From the IMG/VR virus record IMGVR_UViG_3300034061_004620: a stretch of DNA of 64,000 nt; one strand, written 5' to 3'. Position numbers and translations under genes: made by a program. The number at the start of each line of letters is the position of its first letter. Position 1 is the first letter of the stretch. The stretch is from a virus (Duplodnaviria > Caudoviricetes). The notes under the pieces were generated by a model that saw nothing but the letters and a program-made list of their open reading frames with translations, was not told the DNA's origin and searched no databases. Positions 18,182 through 27,070 of this stretch are shown piece after piece.

Positions 18182-18859
18182 ATGGAATACGCATTGCCTT
18201 ATAGAACAGCCACCGAAATCAACAGTGCCATGGGTCGTGTATACGGTAATATGGCTTTAGCAGTTATTACCAGTATGATTGTTAGTATGTTTGTGGCATC
18301 TAACGCAGACTTAATGGCTTTCTTTTTTACCGGAATTGTAAAATGGATCGTGATCTTTGCTCCACTGGCGGCAATTTTTGCAGTAGGTTATGTGTTAGGA
18401 AATAATCCAAGCAAAGTTACCGCTCAACTATGTTTGCACGGCTTTGCGGCACTTATGGGCCTTAGTTTTGCAACTATTTTTGTAATCTATACAACAGCAA
18501 GTATTGTGAACGCATTTCTTGGTGCAGCAGTATTGTTTAGTACAATGAGTTTCTATGGCTATTTTACTAAAAAAAGTTTAGATAGTTTTGGAAAATATTT
18601 GATAGTAGGACTTATTGCAATTATTATAGTTAGCATTATTAATATTTTTATCGGATCGTCTGCATTGCAGATGTTCATCAGTGCCGCAGCAGTCTTAATC
18701 TTTTTAGGGTTAACTGCCTACGACACACAAAAAATTCGAGAGCAAATTATGGAAAGTTCAAGCCCGGCCATTGAAGCGATGGGCGCATTAACATTGTATT
18801 TAGACTTTATTAATTTGTTCTTGAGTCTATTACAATTATTCGGAGGTAGGAGAGAATAA
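18182..18859 (+). CDS. Bax inhibitor-1/YccA family membrane protein
   Basis: About 7 TM segments; AYDTQKI and ALTLYLDFINLF signature. Confidence 0.88.
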   Translation: MEYALPYRTATEINSAMGRVYGNMALAVITSMIVSMFVASNADLMAFFFTGIVKWIVIFAPLAAIFAVGYVLGNNPSKVTAQLCLHGFAALMGLSFATIFVIYTTASIVNAFLGAAVLFSTMSFYGYFTKKSLDSFGKYLIVGLIAIIIVSIINIFIGSSALQMFISAAAVLIFLGLTAYDTQKIREQIMESSSPAIEAMGALTLYLDFINLFLSLLQLFGGRRE

Positions 18860-18865
18860 TAATAA

Positions 18866-19114
18866 ATGTCAGATAATAATAATAACAATAATAATGACGA
18901 CAACGATGTCAAAGCAAATTTAAAAAAGTTTAAACCTAAAAAACCAAAAATTACGGTTCCGGAAGAGTTTTTAAAAGGAGCCAACAGTTACGATGATAAA
19001 CTTATGTTAGTAAAATACCTAACTGAAAAGGAAAAAGGTCGAGTATTACTAATTTTTAAAAAAATGATAGCTCAAGGTATGGCAGAATCGAAGAAAAAGA
19101 AGGGTTTGAAATAA
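18866..19114 (+). CDS. Hypothetical protein with poly-Asn N-terminus
   Basis: An AAT-rich tract encodes NNNNNNNDDND. Confidence 0.55.
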   Translation: MSDNNNNNNNDDNDVKANLKKFKPKKPKITVPEEFLKGANSYDDKLMLVKYLTEKEKGRVLLIFKKMIAQGMAESKKKKGLK

Positions 19115-20200
19115 TTAATCAAAGGGCATCAAAAGTTCATTAAGAATTTCTTGATGCCAATTTGTTTCCAGAAAATGATGCAAGTTATAATCCAAAATAT
19201 TTTGCAATTGAGCATAAACAAGTGTAGGATCTTTACTGCATAATTGTTCAACTTGATTCCATGCCATTTGCCATCTTACCCTGTCGTTGGGCTCATCATC
19301 ATATGATTCGTCAATAACAGTCTTTCCATCAATATCTATAACATCACCAAAAGTCTTAAATCCTAAGGATCTTAAATTACGTAGATAATATTGTCCACAA
19401 AAAGCTACAAAAGGACGACGGGCCAATATTGGTTTTATCACTTTTTCAGTGTATTGATTATAACTATTAAACGCTGTTGTTTCTGCCACAATTGAATAGT
19501 ATGAATCGTTATAGATATAATACGGAATTATTGCATATAGAGACATACCAACGACGCCACCATAGTTTATGTCTGGTACAAATCTATATAGATTGTTAAA
19601 TGTGTTTTTTTTATCATAATAATCTCCCCATGATCCCTGTGCGGGATCATCTTTGTAGTATGTAAAATAAACTTTGTTTTTGTAAATACTCTTGAGATAT
19701 AAATTGTGTACGATGTCCCTGTGATTTTTACGAGATCCAAGAAGACAATCAAACATGTAAGATCTTGGTTGCCAAGATCTTGGTAACTCTATTTTGGTAG
19801 TTAAGTCTTTGGCCCATTGATATTGGGCATAATAATTGCGAGAATCAACAAACCAAGAAATTTTAGTTTTAAAGTTATCACTGTTTTCGTCGTTGGTTAC
19901 TATATCAGTAAAAATTTTAATTTTTTTATTAGATATAATATTAATAAATTTTAGGATATAAGGATCAGTAGGTTCGGAGATGTTTAACAGCAATTTTTTT
20001 GTTTTTGGTAACAACTTATCTATTATAGGCAAGTACGAAGCATAAAAATTGGTGTAAAAACTGATACCAATAGCATCACAATCATCTGGTAAAGTTTCTA
20101 TCCAATTGGTTAGATTGTATTGACAATAATTTGAAATCTTGTTGTGATCATGATCAACAAAAATTTCACTAAAAAAGTGTTCGAGAAAAATCTTTGACAT
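19115..20200 (-). CDS. Glycosyltransferase-like protein, paralog family A
   Basis: SIVAETT..TEKVIKPILARRPF..LRNLRSLGFKTF; shared with 42702 and 51219. Confidence 0.6.
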   Translation of the reverse strand: MSKIFLEHFFSEIFVDHDHNKISNYCQYNLTNWIETLPDDCDAIGISFYTNFYASYLPIIDKLLPKTKKLLLNISEPTDPYILKFINIISNKKIKIFTDIVTNDENSDNFKTKISWFVDSRNYYAQYQWAKDLTTKIELPRSWQPRSYMFDCLLGSRKNHRDIVHNLYLKSIYKNKVYFTYYKDDPAQGSWGDYYDKKNTFNNLYRFVPDINYGGVVGMSLYAIIPYYIYNDSYYSIVAETTAFNSYNQYTEKVIKPILARRPFVAFCGQYYLRNLRSLGFKTFGDVIDIDGKTVIDESYDDEPNDRVRWQMAWNQVEQLCSKDPTLVYAQLQNILDYNLHHFLETNWHQEILNELLMPFD

Positions 20201-20222
20201 TTAAATAATAATGCTTTAATAT
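20194..20222 (+). promoter_or_regulatory. sigma70-like promoter, divergent arrangement
   Basis: TTGACA-N17-TAATAT; TATTTAT at 20228-20234 gives ATAAATA on the - strand. Confidence 0.5.
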
Positions 20223-20245
20223 ATAGGTATTTATTTAGGAAAATT

Positions 20246-21037
20246 ATGAACATAGGTATAGTCGGAATGGGCTATGTTGGGCGGGCAGTTCAGGCATCGT
20301 GGTTGGGCTCTCAACACAAAGTGAAATATTATGATCCTGCTGTGGACGGATCGGTGAGTGATTTACAAGAATTAGTTAGTGGTAATCCGTCGGCGATTTT
20401 TATATGCGTACCTACACCTTCTATAGATACTGGCGAATGTGATCTTAGTATTATAATAACAACATTAGATCAAATAAAAACAACGTATTCAGGTATGATT
20501 GTTATCAAAAGCACAGTACCACCAGATTTTTGGCAGGCTTATATCGCACATGATAACATCTTTCATGTGCCTGAATTTTTAGTAGCAAGTCGGGCCATTC
20601 AAGATTATCTTAATCCTGAATTTATTTTTATTGGTGGAAATAAAAGTCAGACTCATAAAGTTTCACAATTACTTGCTTCAAGTGCCGTTAACACAGCCGT
20701 TCCTATATATTATACAGATCTAATCACTGCAAGTCTTGTGAAATATTTTATGAATACCTTTTTAGCTACCAAAGTAACAGTACTAAACCAGTTCAGTCAA
20801 CTGAGCAACGCAATTGGTGCCAATTGGGATGATTTTACTCAAATGATTGAAATAGATAATAGAATGGGATCGAGTCATACTCAAGTTCCCGGTCCAGACG
20901 GCAAATACGGATACGGAGGTGCTTGCTTTCCCAAGGATGTTCGTGCTATAATACATTCCATGCAAAAGCACAATGTAAGTGCAGGCATAATCGAAGCAGT
21001 TGACGCTGCTAACACACAATTCAGAGGTAAAGAATGA
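20246..21037 (+). CDS. ugd: UDP-glucose/GDP-mannose dehydrogenase family, lacking the C-terminal domain
   Basis: GMGYVG, ICVPTP, IKSTVPP, PEFL, KYFMNTFLATKV, GYGGACFPKD. Confidence 0.8.
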   Translation: MNIGIVGMGYVGRAVQASWLGSQHKVKYYDPAVDGSVSDLQELVSGNPSAIFICVPTPSIDTGECDLSIIITTLDQIKTTYSGMIVIKSTVPPDFWQAYIAHDNIFHVPEFLVASRAIQDYLNPEFIFIGGNKSQTHKVSQLLASSAVNTAVPIYYTDLITASLVKYFMNTFLATKVTVLNQFSQLSNAIGANWDDFTQMIEIDNRMGSSHTQVPGPDGKYGYGGACFPKDVRAIIHSMQKHNVSAGIIEAVDAANTQFRGKE

Positions 21038-21585
21038 GCAAAGTATACTACACCAATAAACACGTTAGATCGTGGATACACTCTATCGTAAGAGAAATGA
21101 CGAATCAAAATTGGCGTCCAGATTATGTTGTAGGCTTGACCCGTGGTGGCCTTATACCTGCCGTCCTTATTAGTCAATATTTAGGCGTTCCTATGCATAC
21201 CCTGAATGTTAGTTTAAGAGATAGTAATTTAGGCCCAGAAAGCAATTTATGGATGGCCGAAGAAGCGTTTGGATATGTACCCGACGACGAAAGAAATGGT
21301 AGTGATACCAAAGTTGATCCAGCATATAGAAAAAAAATCTTAATCGTAGATGATATCAATGATACTGGTGCCACTCTCGAATGGATAAAAAATGATTGGA
21401 CCAGTGGATGTTTGCCCAACCACAGTGCGTGGGATAGCGTTTGGAATAAAACAACGCGATTTGCTGTGTTAGTGAACAACGAAGTAAGTAATTTTAAAGA
21501 CGTTGATTATGTTGGAACATCTATAAACAAACATGAAAATCCTATGTGGGCAGTATTTCCTTGGGAAGCGTGGTGGGAGAGATGA
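21034..21585 (+). CDS. Type I phosphoribosyltransferase (Gpt/Hpt-like)
   Basis: VGLTRGGLIPA, ILIVDDINDTGATL, WAVFPWE. Confidence 0.88.
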   Translation: MSKVYYTNKHVRSWIHSIVREMTNQNWRPDYVVGLTRGGLIPAVLISQYLGVPMHTLNVSLRDSNLGPESNLWMAEEAFGYVPDDERNGSDTKVDPAYRKKILIVDDINDTGATLEWIKNDWTSGCLPNHSAWDSVWNKTTRFAVLVNNEVSNFKDVDYVGTSINKHENPMWAVFPWEAWWER

Positions 21586-21920
21586 TCGCCCTGCCGCCTG
21601 GTTGTACAGTAACTTATGCTGTCTGGGTTGATGTAGATAAACTTACAGACGAAATGGTAGAGTGGTATCGTCTAATAGATGGCGAAGTATATCAAGACCG
21701 ATGGTACGATACTCGAGGTCGAGAACAATCAGTGTATTATGTAAGTTACGGTAAAGGTAAAAGATGTCACCACCATCAAAACGGCGCAGGTGGTACTAAA
21801 TTACATTTTCATGGCGACGATGCCAGTGCTGCCAGTATGTTTATTATGAAATTTTTTGAACATGTAACAAATAGCAATTTGAGAGAACAAATGGAACGGT
21901 ATAGTCGTGAAATAGCATAA
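21582..21920 (+). CDS. Hypothetical protein
   Basis: ATGA coupling at 21582. Confidence 0.6.
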   Translation: MIALPPGCTVTYAVWVDVDKLTDEMVEWYRLIDGEVYQDRWYDTRGREQSVYYVSYGKGKRCHHHQNGAGGTKLHFHGDDASAASMFIMKFFEHVTNSNLREQMERYSREIA

Positions 21921-21927
21921 ATAGTTT

Positions 21928-22104
21928 ATGTGGTCCTTAATTATAATGTTACATGCTGTTTCTCCAAACGTTCCGCCATCAAAGGGTTCAATTAGTTTTG
22001 CTACACAAAATTTTGAAGAATGTCAAAAAGTGAGAGATCAGGTAATAAAATCATGGGCATCTGACCGGTATCGTGTTACAGCAAATTGTATCCCTAACAA
22101 ATAA
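21928..22104 (+). CDS. 58-aa hypothetical protein
   Basis: MWSLIIMLHAV...EECQK...ANCIPNK; ATAAATA at 21917-21923. Confidence 0.5.
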   Translation: MWSLIIMLHAVSPNVPPSKGSISFATQNFEECQKVRDQVIKSWASDRYRVTANCIPNK

Positions 22105-22128
22105 AATAAAATAAATATTTTTCCACAC

Positions 22129-22195
22129 AGCGGCCTTTCTGGCATTCATCCCGCTTTACAAATTCTGCAAGCCTATGTTAATATTAATATAGGAG
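22129..22195 (+). promoter_or_regulatory. Candidate cis-regulatory RNA in the queD leader
   Basis: AGCGG/CCGCT stem, A-rich tail, then a CCTATGTTAATATTAATATAGG hairpin overlapping the SD. Confidence 0.45.
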
Positions 22196-22202
22196 AATCA
22201 AA

Positions 22203-22718
22203 TTGGCAAAGTTTTACTCAACAAAAACATATGGTAATGACCGAGGACTGTCATGTTGTTTTAGACAATGGCGTGCCACACACAGTCATTGTTCAACATT
22301 ACATGGCTACTCAATTGGCATTAAATTGATCTTTGAATGCGATACACTGGATGACAAAAACTGGTGTATGGACTTTGGTGGACTCAAAGAATTCAAAGCA
22401 TGGGCTGATCACATGTTTGATCACACCTTGATAGTCGCCGAAGATGATCCGATGTTGGATTTTTTTAAACACATGAACGAAATAGTAGATATTGATAGCA
22501 AAGATCATTTAAGTAAATTTCCATATGCACGTGGCGCATTATGTGATTTACGTATTGTGCCGGGTGTAGGATGCGAAATGTTTGCCAAACTATGCTATGA
22601 CAAAATGGCTGAACTATTAGCATCGGGAGAAATGCGTTATCCAATCAATCCAACAGTGCGTGTTAAATCAGTAGAAGTATTTGAACACGGTGCTAACTCA
22701 GCCACATACGAAGGTTAA
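22203..22718 (+). CDS. queD: 6-carboxytetrahydropterin synthase
   Basis: CSTLHGY, MDFGGLK, FDHT, VEVFEHGANSA; TTG start after AGGAG. Confidence 0.9.
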   Translation: MAKFYSTKTYGNDRGLSCCFRQWRATHSHCSTLHGYSIGIKLIFECDTLDDKNWCMDFGGLKEFKAWADHMFDHTLIVAEDDPMLDFFKHMNEIVDIDSKDHLSKFPYARGALCDLRIVPGVGCEMFAKLCYDKMAELLASGEMRYPINPTVRVKSVEVFEHGANSATYEG

Positions 22719-22720
22719 CA

Positions 22721-23584
22721 ATGAGCAAAATTAAAGTAGCAGAACTGTTTTACAGCATACAAGGTGAAGGACGCTACATGGGTGTTCCCAGTGTGTTCTT
22801 GCGTACATTTGGATGTAATTTTAAATGTGCAGGCTTTGGTATGCCACGTGGCGAAATCAGTATTGAAGCAGATGATGTTGCATACACACATGCAAATATT
22901 GAATACTTTCACAAATATGAAGAACTTCCGTTAGTTAAAACTGGTTGTGATAGTTATGCCAGTTGGCACCCGGCATTCAAGGATCTTAGTCCGGTAATAG
23001 ATTCTGACGGTATTGTAGAGCGCATCATGCAAATTCTTCCGCACGGAAAATGGAAGGATGAACATCTGGTAATCACTGGTGGTGAACCTCTGTTAGGATG
23101 GCAGCGTAGTTATCCAGACTTGCTCAACCACCCACGTATGCGTAAGTTAAAAGAAATTACTTTTGAAACTAACGGTACTCAAGAGTTAACTGCTGATTTT
23201 GCAGATTATCTTGTACAATGGCAAATGCCTGGTCCTAATTTTTCTCGCGAGGTAACTTTTAGTGTAAGTGCAAAGTTACCAGCCAGTGGAGAATCGTGGA
23301 TCGAGGCTATTCGTCCAGAGATTGTACGTCAATATCAGACTATTGGACATACATATCTTAAGTTTGTTGTAGCCACAGATGAAGATGTAAAGGATGCGCT
23401 AAAGGCAGTTGAACAATATCGCAATGCCGGCTTTCATGGATCTGTTTATCTAATGCCCGTAGGTGGAGTAGAAAGTGTTTATTCATTAAATAATAGGCGA
23501 GTGGCAGAATTAGCTATGCGACATGGATTACGTTATAGTGATAGATTGCAAGTACCATTATTCAAGAACGAATGGGGAACGTAA
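22721..23584 (+). CDS. queE: 7-carboxy-7-deazaguanine synthase (radical SAM)
   Basis: ELFYSIQGEG, FLRTFGCNFKC...GCDS, ITGGEP, ETNG. Confidence 0.92.
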   Translation: MSKIKVAELFYSIQGEGRYMGVPSVFLRTFGCNFKCAGFGMPRGEISIEADDVAYTHANIEYFHKYEELPLVKTGCDSYASWHPAFKDLSPVIDSDGIVERIMQILPHGKWKDEHLVITGGEPLLGWQRSYPDLLNHPRMRKLKEITFETNGTQELTADFADYLVQWQMPGPNFSREVTFSVSAKLPASGESWIEAIRPEIVRQYQTIGHTYLKFVVATDEDVKDALKAVEQYRNAGFHGSVYLMPVGGVESVYSLNNRRVAELAMRHGLRYSDRLQVPLFKNEWGT

Positions 23585-23748
23585 CTTCGCCTTGCAATAA
23601 TATTTGCAAATTAAATACAAATGATATTTGTACAGGATGCTTTAGAACAATTGCCGAAATAAGCAACTGGGCCAAATATACTGATGAAGAAAAAAGTGCA
23701 ATAATTAGACAATTACAAAACAGAATTCAAGGAGATTCTTATGTTTGA
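23572..23748 (+). CDS. DUF1289-like Cys-rich small protein
   Basis: MGNVTSPCNNICKLNTNDICTGCFRTIAEISNW; 58 aa, missed by the ORF track. Confidence 0.7.
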   Translation: MGNVTSPCNNICKLNTNDICTGCFRTIAEISNWAKYTDEEKSAIIRQLQNRIQGDSYV

Positions 23749-24127
23749 TTGGTTAAAGAAAAAGCCAGAAATAAAACAAGAAAAACCAAAAGTTAAAGTT
23801 AAAGCTAAAACGGCTAAAGAGATGGCTACAGAAGCCGGCGAACCGTATATCAGTGTAGTAAGTGTTGAGCTTGATCCTGATGATGTAGGCAACGGTGCAT
23901 TTGAGTTAGACTGGAATGAGGTATTTGTTGCAAGACTGGTCAAAGCAGGTTATATGCAAAAAAAAGATGATTCTGATGCTGAAATAGTGGACCGTTGGTT
24001 TCAGAGCATTTGCCGTAACATACTAAACGAAAATTTTGAGCAATGGGAAGCTAATCAGCCCATTGATTCAAGACCAAGAAGAGTAGATAGGAACGATCTT
24101 GGCAATGGAAGAGCCGAAATATCGTGA
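23741..24127 (+). CDS. Hypothetical protein
   Basis: AAGGAG RBS; FELDWN..DRWF. Confidence 0.7.
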   Translation: MFDWLKKKPEIKQEKPKVKVKAKTAKEMATEAGEPYISVVSVELDPDDVGNGAFELDWNEVFVARLVKAGYMQKKDDSDAEIVDRWFQSICRNILNENFEQWEANQPIDSRPRRVDRNDLGNGRAEIS

Positions 24128-24807
24128 TTCTATATGTAAATGGCGATAGTCATAGTGCAGGAGCAGAAGCTGTAAATAATTATTGTTTTGCTCAAGATGA
24201 TCCGTTATACAAAAATTTAGGCCGAATTCCGCACCCAGAAAATGAACGTGCCAGTTACGGTTGTTTGCTTGCTAATGAATTAAATGCTATATTTCACTGT
24301 GATGCCGAAGCCGCCAGCAGTAATGATAGAATAATTAGGACAACCAGACAATATATAAAAGAAACCGGCTCCCCCGATTTTATAGTAATAGGATGGAGCA
24401 CATGGGAAAGAGAAGAATGGTTTTTGGATGGTGTCTGGTGGCAAGTAAATGCCGGCGGTGTAGGTCATGACTGGCCCGAAGCAATTATAACTCGATACAA
24501 AAATTACGTGTTGAATATTAATAGAGAGGCATGTGAACGAAAAGCACACGAGTTGATTTATAATTTTCACAATGAACTTGAAAACCTTAAAATACCTCAC
24601 CTATTTTTTAACACTTACAGCGATTTTGTAAATCAACCGATGGTTGATTGGAAAAACAGTTATATTGAACCATACGACCCAGATATGACATATTGGCAAT
24701 GGTTAACCAATAATGGCTTTATCAGTTTACCAAGCTATCATTTTCGAGCAGATGCCCACAGAAAATGGGCAGAATTTCTTTTACCGCACTTGACACGGTT
24801 GTTATAA
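24124..24807 (+). CDS. SGNH/GDSL-like protein
   Basis: NGDSHSAG, ASSND, IGWS, C-terminal HFRADAH. Confidence 0.6.
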   Translation: MILYVNGDSHSAGAEAVNNYCFAQDDPLYKNLGRIPHPENERASYGCLLANELNAIFHCDAEAASSNDRIIRTTRQYIKETGSPDFIVIGWSTWEREEWFLDGVWWQVNAGGVGHDWPEAIITRYKNYVLNINREACERKAHELIYNFHNELENLKIPHLFFNTYSDFVNQPMVDWKNSYIEPYDPDMTYWQWLTNNGFISLPSYHFRADAHRKWAEFLLPHLTRLL

Positions 24808-24818
24808 TATGCTAATAT
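24790..24818 (+). promoter_or_regulatory. sigma70-like promoter
   Basis: TTGACA-N17-TAATAT before ATG 24825. Confidence 0.5.
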
Positions 24819-24824
24819 TACTGC

Positions 24825-25814
24825 ATGAGATATCTAATTGTAGACACCGCAAACACATTCTTTCGTGCTCGTCATTCAGCTCACCGTCAATCGGACACCT
24901 GGGATAAATTAGGATTCGCTATCCATGTTACCCTTGGTTCGGTTAATAAGGCTTGGCGGGATCAGAAAGCCGATCACGTGGTATTTTGTTTGGAAGGACG
25001 GTCATGGCGAAAAGATTATTACGAGCCGTACAAAAAGAATCGTGCAGTCGCTCGTGCGGCCCTCACTGAATCAGAGCAGGAAGAGGACAAACTATTTTGG
25101 GAAGCGTTTGATAACCTTAAAACGTTCCTCGCAGAAAAGACTAATTGCACAGTTCTTCAACACCCGGAACTTGAAGCAGATGATCTTATTGCCGGCTTTA
25201 TACAAGCCCACCCCAATGACGACCATGTTATCATATCCTCAGACACTGACTTCTATCAACTTCTTGCGCCGAACGTCCAGCAATATAACGGTGTTGCCGA
25301 CGAACTCCACACGTTAGAGGGCATTCTTGACAAGAAAGGTAAGCCAGTAATTGATAAAAAGACTAAGGAACCCAAGCGTATCCCTGATCCGCAGTGGATC
25401 CTGTTTGAGAAGTGTATGCGCGGCGATCCAACAGATAATATCTTTTCCGCTTATCCGGGTGTTAGGACCAAGGGTAGCAAGAACAAAATTGGTCTCACTG
25501 AAGCTTTTGCTGACCAACATAAAAAAGGATATGCTTGGAATAACCTTATGCTTCAGCGATGGACAGACCATAACGGTGTGGAACATCGAGTGTTAGATGA
25601 CTACGAACGTAATAGAGTGCTTGTTGATCTCTCTGCACAACCTGCAGAGATTAAAGCAAAAATCGCAGAGACTATAGCAGTAGGTGCAGTCAAGCAAAGT
25701 AGACCAATGGTAGGTGCTCAATTCTTGAAGTTCTGCGGCAAATATGAACTAAACAGACTTAGTGAACATAGTTCAAACTACGCTGAACTATTGGGCGCGG
25801 AATATCCCGGATGA
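24825..25814 (+). CDS. rnh: 5'-3' exonuclease/flap nuclease (T4 RNase H-like)
   Basis: IVDTAN, CLEGRSWRK, EADDLIA, SSDTDFYQL, GDPTDNI. Confidence 0.9.
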   Translation: MRYLIVDTANTFFRARHSAHRQSDTWDKLGFAIHVTLGSVNKAWRDQKADHVVFCLEGRSWRKDYYEPYKKNRAVARAALTESEQEEDKLFWEAFDNLKTFLAEKTNCTVLQHPELEADDLIAGFIQAHPNDDHVIISSDTDFYQLLAPNVQQYNGVADELHTLEGILDKKGKPVIDKKTKEPKRIPDPQWILFEKCMRGDPTDNIFSAYPGVRTKGSKNKIGLTEAFADQHKKGYAWNNLMLQRWTDHNGVEHRVLDDYERNRVLVDLSAQPAEIKAKIAETIAVGAVKQSRPMVGAQFLKFCGKYELNRLSEHSSNYAELLGAEYPG

Positions 25815-26185
25815 CAACATGGCTCATATTGGCCTTGTTGTTTGTAAAACATTTCTTGGCAGACTTTTGCTGGCAAAGCGATAGAATGCTCAAGGACAAA
25901 GGACACTTTGGTAGACTGGGCGGATTGCAACATGCTGGTCTACATGGTGCTTTAACTTATGTGATCCTTATGCATTTTTTGGGGTTGCAAGCCTGCGTTA
26001 TGTTAGCAGTATTTGATGCTGTAATTCACTATACAGTAGATTTAGCACATCGTAGAGTAACAGTTAGATTATCCACTGATGCAGATGCTTTTTGGTTCTG
26101 GATTGGTGTGGATCAATTGATTCACGCTATCACTTATCTACTTATTGGATTTGTGGTTGCAATTTTGTTAGCAGAATACATATGA
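25811..26185 (+). CDS. DUF3307-like membrane protein
   Basis: KHFLADF, HAGLHG, HYTVD, GVDQLIH. Confidence 0.75.
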   Translation: MTTWLILALLFVKHFLADFCWQSDRMLKDKGHFGRLGGLQHAGLHGALTYVILMHFLGLQACVMLAVFDAVIHYTVDLAHRRVTVRLSTDADAFWFWIGVDQLIHAITYLLIGFVVAILLAEYI

Positions 26186-26526
26186 TAAAAAATATTCATA
26201 GTAGTAGTAATCATATACAAATTGGCGCTGGCTACAGTAATGTACCTCCAATGAGTCCAGGTGCACAAAGTGCCGGGATGTTGCGGTACAATACCAGCTC
26301 GAATACCATGGAAGTGTATAATGGAGTGGCATGGTTCTCTGTTGAAACTACCGCCGATATCTTGTTGAGTCCAATGGCACAACAAGCCATGGATTGGTCT
26401 ATTAAAAAAATGGAAGAAGAATCACGATTACAATCACTAATGGCCAGACACCCTGGACTAAAAGAATTAAATGACAAGTTTGAAATGATGAAGGTATTGT
26501 GTCAACAACAGGAAAATAAACAATGA
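26182..26526 (+). CDS. Hypothetical protein
   Basis: ATGA coupling; GMLRYNTSSNTMEVYNGVAW. Confidence 0.6.
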   Translation: MIKNIHSSSNHIQIGAGYSNVPPMSPGAQSAGMLRYNTSSNTMEVYNGVAWFSVETTADILLSPMAQQAMDWSIKKMEEESRLQSLMARHPGLKELNDKFEMMKVLCQQQENKQ

Positions 26527-26792
26527 ATTGGTTACGACGAATCATACGCAATTGGTTGCAACAAGAAGAACCTATAATGCTTAAAGAAACAGTAGTATCA
26601 TCAAGAGATCATTTAAGAAATGAGGGATTAAACTTTACATTGCATCGAGCAGTAGGCGGTCACATTTTTGAATCAAGAAAATACAACGAAAAAACAGATA
26701 GACACGAAAATACCTTGTACATGATTCACGAAGACCAAGACTTTGCAAAACAAGTAGCACAGGCAATCATGTTGGAACAAATGAAGATATGA
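26523..26792 (+). CDS. Hypothetical protein
   Basis: ATGA-coupled; similar to the next ORF (HRAVGGHI versus HTAHGGYV). Confidence 0.65.
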   Translation: MNWLRRIIRNWLQQEEPIMLKETVVSSRDHLRNEGLNFTLHRAVGGHIFESRKYNEKTDRHENTLYMIHEDQDFAKQVAQAIMLEQMKI

Positions 26793-27070
26793 GCACATAC
26801 ACCATGGCAGGATCATCGGCAGCAACTTTAGGTCCTTTAAGTATAGGACAAATATCACAAATTGATTTAGGTGCGGGTGCATACGGAATAGATAAAAAAT
26901 TACCAAACAAAAAAATATCCTTTGATGTACATACCGCCCATGGCGGATATGTGATTAGGGTATCGCAAGGTTACGGCAACGAGGATGATATGTATGTTAT
27001 AGGAGACAGTCAGGATCTCGGTCAAGAATTAGGAAAAATTGTAACACATCATACATTAGCAAAAAAATGA
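26789..27070 (+). CDS. Hypothetical protein
   Basis: ATGA-coupled. Confidence 0.65.
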   Translation: MSTYTMAGSSAATLGPLSIGQISQIDLGAGAYGIDKKLPNKKISFDVHTAHGGYVIRVSQGYGNEDDMYVIGDSQDLGQELGKIVTHHTLAKK

